This document shows positions 11,609 to 24,829 of a DNA stretch of 64,000 bases, one piece after another. The translations under genes were made by a program, and so were the position numbers. The notes under the pieces were generated by a model that made no database searches, had not been told where the DNA came from, and worked only from the letters and a program-made list of their open reading frames with translations. Origin of the DNA: Octopus bimaculoides (taxonomy: Eukaryota); the NCBI RefSeq assembly GCF_001194135.2, contig NC_068994.1, positions 19,409,584-19,473,583 on the forward strand, given 5' to 3'. Positions within the stretch are counted from its first letter, which is position 1, and every line of letters starts with the position of its first letter.

Positions 11609-14020
11609 AATATAAACATGAAAGAATAAAGGAAATGAAAAATGCTGTCAGTTTCAGAGGAAACGAATGCCAAAGGTTATAGTTTGCCTTTGAATAAGTT
11701 CACCTGAAGTGCCTACTTCTCATCTTTTCACACATTATTAATCCCTCCCCCAAAGCCTTCTTTAAATGCTTTGCCTTTCATCCATTTTTTTTTTTTTTCC
11801 CACTAGAATTGTACCCCTCTGAAATTCATTCCTTGTCCATATTTTTGCAATAAGCATTTACCCACAGAAATCCAAGCTGAATATCAGCCTCACTGACCTC
11901 ACTCAATAGAAAAAGTGCTTGTGAAAGCTCTAGGTGTTCTCACTCTTTCACTGAAAAACAATAACGAAGTATCTCTTCTAACTCCACTGCCATAGACTTA
12001 AATTATTAATGTACATCAGAGTAATCTAATATCATCCCCCCAAAAAATTTGCTAAGAAAACTAAAAATAAATGATGGCACAAATATAAAAAAATGAAGTA
12101 GAAAGTTAATTTATCTACATTAAATTTATAGTATAACTGTAAGACATTGAAAATAAAATGTACTGAAAAACTAATATTCATCACGGAATTGGTTGATGGG
12201 TTCTATGAGCTGATGAAGCCGTTATAATAATGTGTTGCTATTTTAACATCACTTATTGCCTGAAGACTTAAAGTCAAGTTTTCATTCTTCTTTATTTTAT
12301 GTCTTTTCATGACTTCCATACTGCTTTTTCTTTTACTATTCAGTTGTGTTAAGACATGATGTTGTTAATTAATTATGACAAATGTAGCTACTTTTTCCCC
12401 TTTTCCTATTACAATAAATTAATTCTGCTAATAACAAGTATTTTTTTCCTATAATTACTTCTATAACAAATGCACATTCGTGAGAAATGTATTTCATCTA
12501 TAAGTCAGCAGAGTACAGATCATAGTTTTTTTTGTAAAACCACAAAATAAATATGAAGATTTTACATTACTTTATAAGGTGCCAATCAAGTGTAGAAGTT
12601 GATAGAAATAGATTGGTCTGCTGAACTTTTTATTATCTTAGCCCCCTCTCCCTTCCTCATTTTGCCTCACTTCATTTAAGCTAGTAACATGTATTGAATT
12701 TACAAATTCAGGTATTTTTACAGCTAAATACTCTTCTTAAAGTCAGTTGATCAATACTTTCATTAAGAAAATTTATGTATTTCCTGCTAGACTAATACAA
12801 GTATGTGATGTAACGAATCTTGCTTATGAGCTTAATGTAGCAATTTCTATGCAAGAAAATTGATTTCTAAACAAGAACGGTTGTCTGCTTGAGTAGTAGT
12901 GTATCATGTGTAAAACAGTATTTTCAAGAGCTCTTAAAACTCTCTTCAAAATACTGTTTTGCCATAGAACTTCAATAATGTACAAAAATTGTTACAAAAA
13001 ACATTTCCTAATATGGATAAGTAGCATTTGCCATTCACTTACAGGGAGCCAGCAAATTTGAGATGTAACATGAAAATAGTTCATATGATGATGAGAGATA
13101 GATAGAAAGCAGAAACAAAACTATGATGATCTGTAGTTTTACTGAAGAGGTCACAGCAATTCTTAATTGTGTCCATTCACATATTGCTATTTCACAAAGA
13201 CAGCAGGATACTGGTGCTTAAAAGATATTATCTATACAATAAAGATAAAAATGATATCCTGTTTTATCTACTGTAAAAGTTTCTCAGACAAAAAACAAAC
13301 CTCACTTAGAGATGAAAATACAAGAAGGAAAAATTGTGTTTGTCTTTAGAATTAACCATCTTCTGCTTTAATATAAGATTTCCTCGTTTATTTAACAGTG
13401 ATAATGAGCTGCAATAGTTAGTTGTTAATAATTAGCTATTATAGTGATAATGCTCACAGTTAACAAGAATGACAATAGTGACTCATTTAATCTATTAGAT
13501 ATATTTTTCTCATCTTATTTCAGTTGAAAGAAAATTTTATCCAGCTCAATGGATTCCAGTTAGACTTCACGTTTACTTCAATAATCCAATTGCAGTCTAT
13601 TTTTGCACTCTATTTTGTTAACAAATGAAGGCAGGGATTCAAACTAGGGATAAATCAGAAAGAAAAGTATGTTCAATGAAAGGGATTATTTGAGAGAGTT
13701 TGTTTATCAAAAACTTTTGATTACCAGCGTGGAACATAGATATTAAATGGTGATGATGATGAAACTATTGATAGCTAATAAAAATGGTAGATTAAGAGAT
13801 TCAACTATAATGTTGAATATATGACATATATCCAAGCACATTCAAATGAAAGAAGTTGAGAATTTTCATTTTTTTTTTCTTTGCTCCTGGGAGGCCTCCC
13901 TACAACACAGACAGTAATGGGTTGCATTCTAAAAACAACAAGACACTTTAATGACTCATGAAACTTGTTGCTTTAGTAGATTTGATAAGAATCCAAGTAA
14001 TTAAAACTAAGATTTTTCAC

Positions 14021-14084
14021 CATCTTTACTCTGAGCTTCAACAAAGAGTACTATAACTAAAATCAAAATGTAAACATCAGACAT
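14021..14084 (-). CDS. Putative signal-peptide exon of the same gene
   Basis: ATG at 14084 reads MSDVYILILVIVLFVEAQSKD, then a phase-1 donor G|GTGAAA. Hydrophobic core with a V-E-A cleavage-like motif. Phase matches exon 6487-6366. An acceptor (TGTTTCTGTCTATTATCAACAG|) lies 17 nt upstream of the ATG. The donor is only moderate. Confidence 0.4.
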
Positions 14085-14274
14085 GAATAGTTGATGAATT
14101 TCTGTTGATAATAGACAGAAACATGCAGATCTTAATCTTAATATTATAAACAAGCATAACTCAATATTTTGTGCTAAGAAATGTTTGAACAAAACATTAT
14201 AGTTTCTTCAATATTTGTTAATAGTATTTTGTGCCATTATAAACGTGTATGTATATATATATATATATATATAT

Positions 14275-14332
<58 letters not shown>

Positions 14333-14454
14333 GTGGTTATAAATTTATATTGAATACATAGATGCACACAATGAGATATGGGAGATTATTAGCATTGTAT
14401 ATGAACTGAAGTGGTTTCAGTCAAGAATTGAAACTGCATTGCCAAGCACTCAGC

Positions 14455-14501
<47 letters not shown>

Positions 14502-15381
14502 ACAAATTCACAATATTTTGATACTTCTCAACTTACTGGGGAGTTTCTAAAACTTCAAATTTAATGGCAGACAAAAACTTTTGTTATCATCTCTCTTGCA
14601 GAGTGTGTAATGTGCAACAGACTTTATCAAAACATTTTAATCTTTTATTAAATTTTCTTTTTTTTTTTTAGTTTAATGTTGCATGAAATTTTGAAACATT
14701 AGTATTTGACAAGATCAATTCAACATCTAACATGAGGGCAATATAATACAATCAGACAGCAATTTGATCTCTGCAATAAAAGGTATCAAATGTGATTTAG
14801 TTGGGTGACACTTAACCTCATTTTTGTTTTTCAAGTTGATATGTAACCAGTCATGAAGACACATCATACAATTCAAAGTCTTGTAAGTTTAATCTGCCAA
14901 CTAAATAATAATTCCTAAAGGTCAAGGCCTTTCCATAAGAGTGTGAAGAAAATATTCAAGAATTTTGACTTCAATATATTACTGATACTAATCAAAGTAA
15001 AGTTGATCCTGGAAGAAAGTTAAATGCAAAAACATGAGCTCATAAAGTAAGATAGTAGTGAATTTCTATTGCTCTCTCTCCTGCATCATCATTAGCATTC
15101 TGCAGTCCAAATAATAATGAAGATGATTTTAATTCAGAAATATATGATTATAGATATATAAAATTTCTCTCTAGTTCAACCTACATTCCCTACTCCAGAC
15201 TTACCTACATGACAGTGATAGTTTGAGGATGGATAGTAACATCCAAATAATTCAAACTTTTGTTCTTTAACAAATCTATTACATTTTTGAAGTTAAGTAA
15301 AATTATTTATATAAACTTAAAATAATTACATTTGAAATACTGAATTATCAGTATTTGAAATCTATAAAGTAATCATATACA

Positions 15382-15485
15382 CAGACATGGCTGTATGGTT
15401 GAGAAGTTTTTTTCCCAACCACATGGTCTCAAGTTCAGTTCTCCTACAGAGCACCTTGGGTATGTGTCTCATACTATTGTGTGTG

Positions 15486-15528
<43 letters not shown>

Positions 15529-15895
15529 GTGAGTGAGTACATGTCTTTGTGTTTGTATTTTTTTCAGTTTCACAGTTGTAAACAAAGGCCATGCTGACAG
15601 CAATCACTTGATTGCAGTCCACAGTGAAAACATGACCAGGCTTCTTGTCATGTCTTGACATGTTGCAAGTTCTTTGTAAACAAAAGGCTCATTCATATGA
15701 TGTCATTTGTATCCATTTCTAATCATAACCATGTCCAGGTTGTCTATTGTTTGAGAGACTAGGAGAGTATTACCTTGCCTGGAAACAGGTGAGGGGTTGG
15801 GTCAGGAAGGACATTCAGCCATGGCATCTCTACTTCAACATAATCTTGTCCAACATGCAAGCATTGGAAAGTGGATGTTAAAACATTGATGATAA
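15382..15895 (+). mobile_element. Family A head, (GT/GA)n hinge, V-like module with RTE-type tail
   Basis: CATGGCTGTATGGTTGAGAAG...CCCAACCACATGG head, then microsatellite, then GGAAACAGGTGAGGGG...GGAAGGACATTCAGCC...GTGGATGTTAAAAC. Confidence 0.75.
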
Positions 15896-18344
15896 GGATA
15901 AATTCATGTTTACATCTAATCATACTTTATGTTGGAACAATATATAAAAAATTTTCTCCTTAATTGAACTCATTCTTACTTCCACTAACACTTACCTATT
16001 AAATCAGAATTAACATCACAGGTTCCCCCCACCCCCACCTTCTCTGATAGCTATTTACAACTCAAAGCTCAGAAGATTCATTTTCATCCCATTATAAGCT
16101 CACTTCCCCCTTCTACCAAGAAAATGATAGCCACAATCTTAGATAACCTGCAAACAAATTACCACTAAAAAAATCAAAGTTGTATATCCAGAAAAATCAT
16201 ACTCTTTTAATTGTTGTCATTTAGCCCAAAGTGAACCTTAAATCTAATCAAACATACCCTTGAATAAATGCATTCTGACCATGACCATCCATTCTTTTTT
16301 TTTTTTTTTTTCAAGATTACATTATCCACGATATTCTATTGAGATGGGAGGATATGTTTGATGTTAGGATATGCTTTTTCTAGCATGTCTGATGACCACA
16401 TCAGTTCCCTTTATAGCTTGTCATGCTCTTTGTATTTTACTGTTTTTGAGACTTATAGAAAATTTCATAATATAAAATTTTGAAATTAAATTTATTTCAA
16501 ATCATTCTTTTGAAGTTAACTAGCGTGATATTTGTGTGTAAGCATGTTTTTTCACTATCATATAGAACTATCCTTCTGATATATGATCCGGAGTTGTAAC
16601 CAAATGCATTATCCCAAGTCTTCTCCTAACTTGCCTTTACTCTAACTAATGTCTAAAACTAGTGCACTACATTATTTACTCTCATTCTCACAAAACATTC
16701 TTATTGCATGTATATGCCATCTGAATAATCTTTCTTATAATGGTAGCTAACATCCTGAATTTCCAACTATTTTCTTTAGAAATCAAGAATTATACTTCTA
16801 TGAGGTCACATCCTTGTATTCTCTTCTACTTTTATAGGTCTCTAAAATTGTTGACCATGTTTTATTACCACATCATGTAACATTCTTGAAACACTGTGAA
16901 GTATATACTAAAATTCCTATATTTCCTTTCCTTTTTATGAAGAAGGAGAATCTCTTTCCACACTAAAAATGACATAAATGCTCTAAAATGTATGTTATCT
17001 TTCTTTTTATGTCATTACAGAGCTCAAGTCACTTTGCTCTCTATGACGCCATTACTTTGGGAAATGAATGAGGACAGTTAGATTACTGTCAGTTTATAGG
17101 GAGACTTGCCTTTTCCAATGATAGCACCCTGCAATATTGGAGTAGATAATATAACACCAACAACTAACAAAAGATTCGGTTGTATTAAACTATGAAGATT
17201 TTAATTGCTTTTTCTGAAAGAATACCAGTCTTTATTACACTTAAAACATCATGCCAACAAAGGAGCCTCTAAATGGTCATTCAACTTGCTAGAAATATTA
17301 GCCTCAAATCAAATTTTAAAAACAGAAAGGACATCAAATAATATAGCCCTGGGTGCTCCATGGAAACAGAATGATTGACCAGTGTTGACAACAACAACAT
17401 GTAAAATTTGTGGATGATCTAACACCTCTCATCTAGATGAATTCAATGATGTAGGAGTATTCAGCTTGCAAACATCTGAAATGTACAAGAACTCATGCCC
17501 AAGAGTCTGTAATTTAATTTCTTGATAATTTCTTTAGACATGAAATTTTAATGACATTTATTCCCCTGCTTTCAAAATAAAAGGTAAAATAAACTTTAAT
17601 TGTTGGCTGGAATGTTAACTAAAATTCTAACATTTTGTGCTGTAAAGTCTGAGATAGAGTGGGTGAAAGGTTAAATTGTTGAATTACTGACAAGATTATG
17701 AATTCAAACTCTGTCAATGCTACTGTATAGTGTTTACTCTTAACTATTGATCCTTAATCTGAAATGTAGCTCAATGAAAATAGTGGGCAGGGCTTTCACA
17801 GCTGACTTTAGAATGGACATATACTTCAAAAATAAAAATCGAGACAACATTCAAGTTTTTCTAAAATGCAAACGCAGATGCAAACAAATAAATTAGTGAT
17901 TCCTTACATAAACCTCTTGCTTCCCACTTACAAGTGGGAGGGATAGTTCAACTTTGAAATGTCACAGAACTATAAACTGAAATGTCAAGTAAAGATTGTT
18001 AAACAATACTAAAATTAAAAAAAAGAAATTTTTGCATTATATAAAACTGAATGTTTTAGGGTAAACGAAAGGACAGTGGATTGGCAAAATTGTTAGAGCA
18101 CCAAATAGGATACTTGTGGTATCTATTCTGACAGCAAGAATACTGAGAGCAACAACACTTGGAAAGGCAAGCTGTATCAGTCCTTGCCTTTCCCTTCGAC
18201 AATTTCAGTAGAATGGAGAAATTTGACTTGTCTAAGCTTGTACTTTGAAAAGTAACTTTTCAGGTGCAAAAACCTCATGAGATATTTAGAAACCATAAGA
18301 TCTCATTTTATTAGAAAAAAAAAAGAACCTTGCACTATATTAAT

Positions 18345-18560
18345 TTCAAATTTTGGCACAAGGCCAGCAAGTTAGAGTGAAGAGTTAATTCGATTACATC
18401 AACCCCAGTGTTCAACAGGTACTTATTTTATCGACCCCCAAAAGGATGAAAGGAAAAAAATGAATCTCGGTGGCATTTGAACTCAGAAAGGGAAGATGGA
18501 CGAAATACCACTAAGCATTTTGTCTGGCATGTTTATGATTCTGCTAGCAAGCTGCCTTGG
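18345..18560 (-). mobile_element. Family B SINE (Nin/Deu-like motif)
   Basis: Homologous to the TSD-flanked copy at 45666-45884 (TTTCATCCTTT...GGGGGTCGATAAAATAAGTACC). Other copies lie near 26670-26760, 38190-38380, 41850-42030, 53040-53150 and 63030-63110. Confidence 0.8.
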
Positions 18561-18566
18561 CCTCAC

Positions 18567-18690
18567 ATCATCATCATTTAATGTCCATATTCCATGTTGG
18601 CATGGGTAGGATGGTTCAACAGAATCTGACAAGCCAGGGGACTGCACTGGACTCCAATGTCTGCTTTGGCAAGGTTTCTATGACTGGATG
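18567..18690 (-). mobile_element. Family C SINE 3' fragment
   Basis: CATCATCATTTAATGTCCATATTCCATGTTGGCATGGG...GGCAAGGTTTCTATGACTGGATG matches 8226-8360. Confidence 0.7.
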
Positions 18691-20539
18691 GCATAGAAAA
18701 ACAGGGCCAATTTTCTAACTCAGCTATAAAAACAATGTCATCAGTTTAGAAGGGTATCCATAAGCAACTGATCTTAAACTCCTCTGTTAGACCAAGAGGA
18801 CTGCGAGAACTCCTACCTGCACACTTTATCACCATACTCATTGTTAACTCTCAACTTACTGATATCTGTACATAGTTTGGATGGCTCTCTCCAGCCGTTC
18901 ATCAACTCTTAGCTTCCATGAAAACCACCAGATCAGGGAGCAAAGGCTAAATACTTCTATAGTTGCCTAACTAGGAAGAGAGCATCATTTGTATTTCTCC
19001 TTGGCACAAAACCAAAATGCATCTCACCTAGTCTAACTCTCTTCCTAATTAGTTGAGCAATGCAAGCAAATTGATAACTGATTAACACCAAGGGACAGGA
19101 TAAAAGGCAAATACAAAAAGTGCAATACTTGAACTCACAATATACAGGAGCAAATTAAATACTATTTCTATTCTGTTCTACCCTCTTGCCATATAGTATT
19201 AAACTACCACTTAATATAGTATTAAATTACCACTTTGCTTCTAAATTTAACAATTACTAAGTTAAATTTGTTATAATTTGTTAGTGCCAGTTAGCTCCAG
19301 TTAAGAAAACCTATGGCATGTTAGATGACTCTATAAAGTGATCATGATAATGGTCCATTAGACTATGCCATCAGGCAATGATGGGCTAATTTAATTTGGA
19401 AGACTTCGAGCAAACAACTGACTTTTAACAGTATACAGTTATTATGTTATTCTCTAGACAAAACATATTCTGCTGCAGTTCTAACTCACATAGTAAACAT
19501 AAAAATAAGTAATTAACTGCTTCAGCAAATTATGCAGATGTAAGAGCAGTCCTACGCATGTTAATTTAGGAAAACGTATATGCTACTACATTAGTTTGAG
19601 TTGCTGCCAGATGAAGCCTGTATGAGGTTATTTATATGTTAGTAATATGAAATCCATTAAAAATACTTATAATTTAAATGAAAATATATCATCATTTCAT
19701 GACAGGTTCATTGCTAATAACATTTTAAATAAATCTAAATTGCTAATACTCAACTAAGTCCACAATATTATTTTTCTGTTTCTACAAAAGGTAAATTACT
19801 AAGTTCCTCATTTCCGTCAATAATATTTCACGTAAAGTAATGCAAAGATGTGGTAGAGAGATAATTATAAAAAAGATTCTGAAGAATATTAGTTTCACAA
19901 ACGAGTATGTAATGTATAAATAGATGCTTTCAGTTGATTTCATAAGCAGTTGATTTTGTCTAAGCTCATTTCAGTCCCCAGCTACCACAACAAGCAACAT
20001 TTTTAAAGCTAGATTATTAATGGGAAGTGGAATAACAATTTTTGAAGGTCAAGTCTTCCCAAATGGCATTAGTAACACAACTGACCTGAAATAATTCTGA
20101 GTCATGGATACACCAAGAGATTTTCAAGTTAATTTATGATAGAAAAGCAGTCATAATATAATCCATGGCCAGTCTAAGCCGTGAAATTTTGTACAGTATC
20201 AACATTTTCAAAGCAGAAAAATGTTGTATAGCAATAAGTATGCTTTTTATAATAATTAAATTTATAACCAAGTTTATTTAGGTCAAAAACTTTTTATTTA
20301 AATCTCTCTCCAAAAGTATATTTCATGGTCTTAACTAAATATATAATTAGACATGTCCAAAGATATCAAATTTACTTCTTTAATGTGTTGTGAACACAAA
20401 TATTTAAGGAATTGTTTATTGTTGTCTCTTCATTCTCATGAGTTTTCTAATTAATCACCAAGTGTAGGATGAATTGGTGGTAGATTCTGAATACATGAGA
20501 AAGATACTAATTTTAAAGTTAAAAAAGAAAATAGACACC

Positions 20540-20740
20540 ATCATCATCATTTAACTCCATATTCCATGCTACATGGATTGGATAGTTTGACAGGATCCAA
20601 TGGGTCCAAGGATTATGTAATGCTTTAATGTCTGCTTTGGCATAGTTTCTATGGCTAGATACCCTTCTTAATGCCAACCACTTTACAACATGTACTAGGT
20701 ACTTTTTACATCCGACCAGCACCTGTGAGGCCATCTTGCA
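20540..20740 (-). mobile_element. Family C SINE 3' fragment
   Basis: CATCATCATTTAACTCC...GGCATAGTTTCTATGGCTAGATACCCTTCTTAATGCCAACCAC. Confidence 0.7.
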
Positions 20741-21866
20741 GTTTGCAAGGCTACAAACCTATTAATTATTTAATATCTTTGATTATCATACAAATATAAC
20801 ATTGGTCAACCAACCAAGGGGTTGTAACTTCATTATCCTATCACCAGTATAGTACTGTGTCTATGGACAAATCATTTAACTTTCAAGGACCCAACCCATT
20901 AGGCTGTTAGCAAGTACCACCACTGTGTAAGGACAAAACATTTACAATAAAAACCTGGCTGCAATTAAACAGCACAAGGTGAGATACTTTTCAGCTTTAT
21001 GCAGTGATAGTATGATAAAATTCATGAGTGCTTTATTTTCTTACACTTCACTTTAGCAGAGAGAATGCGTCATGATAGAACTATACTAACAAAATTGCCT
21101 GGCTATACTATAAATTCTTTCACTACCATACTAAAATGAATTTGAAAAGAATTCAATATCTAATACATTTTAATGCTTTTTTCTATTTTCAGAAAATCAC
21201 ATTTTGCTAAATATTCCAAAATTTTATAGTTTTATTTGTATTAGATGAGCTATGTACACAACTTTACAAGTAAATCAAAGACAAAGTTTCTATATTTTTA
21301 TTCATATTTTTAGTGATACAAGTTACATAGTTCTATAAACTTCTTGGTGTTTAGGAACAATATCATAAGACTTTATGTGAGCAAAGCTCTCTGTTGGAAC
21401 TATAGAAGTTTACAAGGGCTTCTTATATTTCATTAGATTGAAAATACCAACTAATACAAGATACCAATAGAGATTAACAAACTGTTATTGCTCAGGGCAG
21501 ACTGAAATACCATTGTTGTCTGATTAGAAGTTGTTAAGTGCACAAAGTAGTTAGAACTTTCAAAAATTGTTTTATGCATATGTGTGTGCATGCATGTGTG
21601 TGTGTGTGTGTGTGTGTGCATGCACGTATGCTTATTTAAGTGAAAGTAAATGTTTGTGTCAGAGCTGGTAAGTCTCACAATACAATGTCAAGTCAAACAG
21701 ATAAATCAATTTGCAACACAGCCAGGAATTAACATGCTGGTTATTAATATAAATATAAGGGCATATTACATGATAGCAAAATGTTCAAGATAAACATTAT
21801 AGATCAATATTCCAAAATATAACAAGTGTGACTCGATTCAGTATTTCTTGAAAACAATTCTATCTT

Positions 21867-21909
<43 letters not shown>

Positions 21910-23384
21910 GTAAACAATTTATAAGTGACAAAAGAAAACTGCTTGACCAGCCTATCTTTTTCAGATAGGATAAACTTGGGCTAAATTACCCAATGTGTCC
22001 TTCCATTTTCAAAATCGTAGTATGGGATGTGACTAAGAGTTGGCTACTATTTCCAGCAAGCAACATTGTAGCAAGTGGTGGAGTAATAAAAATGACCAAG
22101 CAGCAAATGAAATGCCTTGCAGTATTTAGTTTCCTCTCTCTGCATTTCATGTTCAGATCCTCCCACCTTTCTGTGAGAGCTATAAGCACCTGCAATATAC
22201 TGAAATTCTATTTGATCAACCATACACTTTCTTGCCCCCTCCACAAATCAGAGCCTTGTACCAACATGAAAGAAAAAGACTAATATATCCAGTAAGGAGA
22301 TTCAGATACAAGTAAAACTTCACTAATAATCTATTCACAGATTCAAGAGTTAACTGAAGAAATGATTGTTTCCACATAGATAATTTAGAATAACAACTAA
22401 AGAAAAATTGTGACATTCTCAAGAGTACTCTAATCAGAAATGAAATGATTCTACCTAATAAACATATCTTAATTATGACAAGCAAACAAGAGAGTCTCTG
22501 TGTATTAGCTTGACCAGCCTCTTCCTGCCATCTTAAATAAGGAAGGACACATTGGACAATGTAAACTTAGATATGGAAAAAGAGGGGATGGTTCCAGCTA
22601 GAAAGCCTTTAACAATAGGTTGGCTCAATCAGAGCTGATACAGACCAAACAACAACAAACGTCAGTAATAGGAGCTTGACAAAGAATATCACCACACCCA
22701 TAGTTGTATGTCAGCTGTTAGAAAAGTTAGATTAGCAAATTAAAGTTGCATTGGAAAAGGATTTTGAGGAATAGCTGGGAAGAGATGCCAGCACTGAAGG
22801 CAGCATTAACAATAACAATGTGATGAGGAGGAGGAAAAGGATCCTTATAAAAATTACATCAAAACATCTGGAACAATTTAGCAGAATTTTTGTGCATTAA
22901 TTATATAGTAAAATTTACAGTGCACAAAAGTTTTGCATGCATTACCAGACTGATGAAATTCTCAATATAGTAAGAAAAATATAAGCTGGGAAAGGGTTTT
23001 AGGAGACTGCGATTCTGGGTTTAGTACAAGGTCTAGGGAGTGATATATAGTATAGATGCTGGCAAGAGGAGAGTTGTATGCACCAGGTAGGCTTTGGTGA
23101 AATGCTACATAGCTTGTTATGTTAATGGCAGGAGAGAAGAAAGCTAGTGATTGTAACATGTTAATGGGGAAGCTCATGAATTAATTGATAGGAAGAAGAT
23201 GTGACCAAAAATGTTTATGTATGATCTATGTGATTTCATGTGAAAATATTCTAATGTGGATCATATTTGAGTCTCAGAGAAACCAGTAACTGTTCAATAA
23301 TTAAGTATTATTTGGTTTCCAGAATGATTACCAAAGATTGTGAGATATACCACAAGTAAAATTTGTGAACATTTTACTTGAGTG

Positions 23385-23600
23385 CAATTCATGGTAAGGA
23401 GTTTGCTTCCCAACCACAGGTTTTGGGTTCAGTCCCTGCATAGCACTTCGGGCAAATGTCTCCAACTATAGACCCAAGCCAGAACCTTATAAGTAGATTT
23501 AGTAGATGGAAACTGAAAGAAGCCCAAATATATATGTTTAGGAGCGTGTGTATTTGTATGTTACTGCTTCCTTGTTTTGATATTGTGTGATAGTCGCAAG
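23385..23600 (+). mobile_element. Family A head plus the start of the V-like module
   Basis: GGTAAGGAGTTTGCTTCCCAACCACAGG...GGGCAAATGTCT...GAAACTGAAAGAAGCCC, then TA/GT hinge, then TTGATATTGTGTGATAGTC (matches about 3765). Confidence 0.75.
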
Positions 23601-24419
23601 TAAGTATTACGTTGTCATACAGTTTTTTTTTTTATTATTCACTATACAGTTTCTATATAGTTTTTTAATTTTATTTATTGCAAAGAAAATACATATATTT
23701 TTGTTTAACTTTATTGCTCATAAACATATAAACAATGTGAAAAAGTTTGTGATGCTTGTCTCTTCCTCAAGAACATTAGCACCAAAACAGAAACAAATGA
23801 GAAATTGATATTATGCCACTATTTCAATAACTGATATCTTGCATCGAAATCATATTTGTGTGCGTATATTTGTTGTTGCTTTAGGTTAGGCCCAGTCAAA
23901 TACAGGTCTGATCAAAAACAATTCAAACACGACCACCTTATCTTTTAGTGAGTATAGAAAACTACATTAGCCAATGTTCACTTTATTTCAGAAAGCATAG
24001 AGAATTTTCCCTGCTGTTTCTACTAATTGAGTAACTACAGAGATTCCTTTGTTGGCTCATTTGAATGTAAGCATGTATGTATGAAGGCACAGGTGTGGTA
24101 TCTTACAGTGTCAGAATTGCAATTCATAATTTTTTTGTTCTAGTATTGAAGCCTTCCGTGGTTTTATAGGGTTCAAAAAACAACATGCATAGAGAACACA
24201 ACCAACGGTGCAAGATTAGTAATGTCAACAAAATATGTCAAGAATTTTTGAATTCCATAATTAAACTTAGAACAAAGTGCAGATGCATGGCAAACAATGT
24301 TTTAAACAAGAAACAAGCAACAAGAAAAAGATAAAATACAAAAAAGAATAAAATAAAATAAAGGAATTATTTCATCCTTAAATTCTCTTAAAACCAACCC
24401 ATATATTCAATATCAAAGA

Positions 24420-24630
24420 AGAAAGATGCACATTCTTGCTGAGCACTCTGTATCATTGATGAAAAAAAGAGACAGAGGTAAGCAGCCTCAGAGATAGAGA
24501 GATAACATCACAGCATGAACAGGTCATGATGCAGCTTCTCTGAATGCTCTTGCCAAAGATCGAATATCATGGAGGCAACTACCTTGTGTTGGTGTGCGTT
24601 CTGATGCAGATAGCAAGAAATGATGATATA
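24420..24630 (+). mobile_element. RTE-clade LINE 3' relic
   Basis: Translates as KKRDRGKQPQR*RDNITA...ALAKDRISWRQL, typical of an RTE C-terminus (RGR..RW.DNI; A.DR..WR). Confidence 0.55.
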
Positions 24631-24829
24631 CATGCACAATTACACAATATATATGCCTGTGTTGCAGCTATAAGACATTGCACTAGTACTCTACATTGGA
24701 TGCACCATTCATTATAACAAGAAGCAGATGGATGCAAATTAATGCGATTACACAATTTCTGCATTTTTGTCATTGATTTTATTAATGCATGTGTGTGTAC
24801 ATATATGTGTGTGTGTGTGTATCTATATA

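Noticed and set aside
13043-13130. Hydrophobic open frame ending at a GTAAGT donor on the minus strand
   Set aside because: It has no ATG, and the hydrophobicity is explained by T-rich, low-complexity composition.
21662-21666. 5-nt micro-exon TCAG|AGCTG|GTAAGT
   Set aside because: Too short to distinguish from chance without transcript data.
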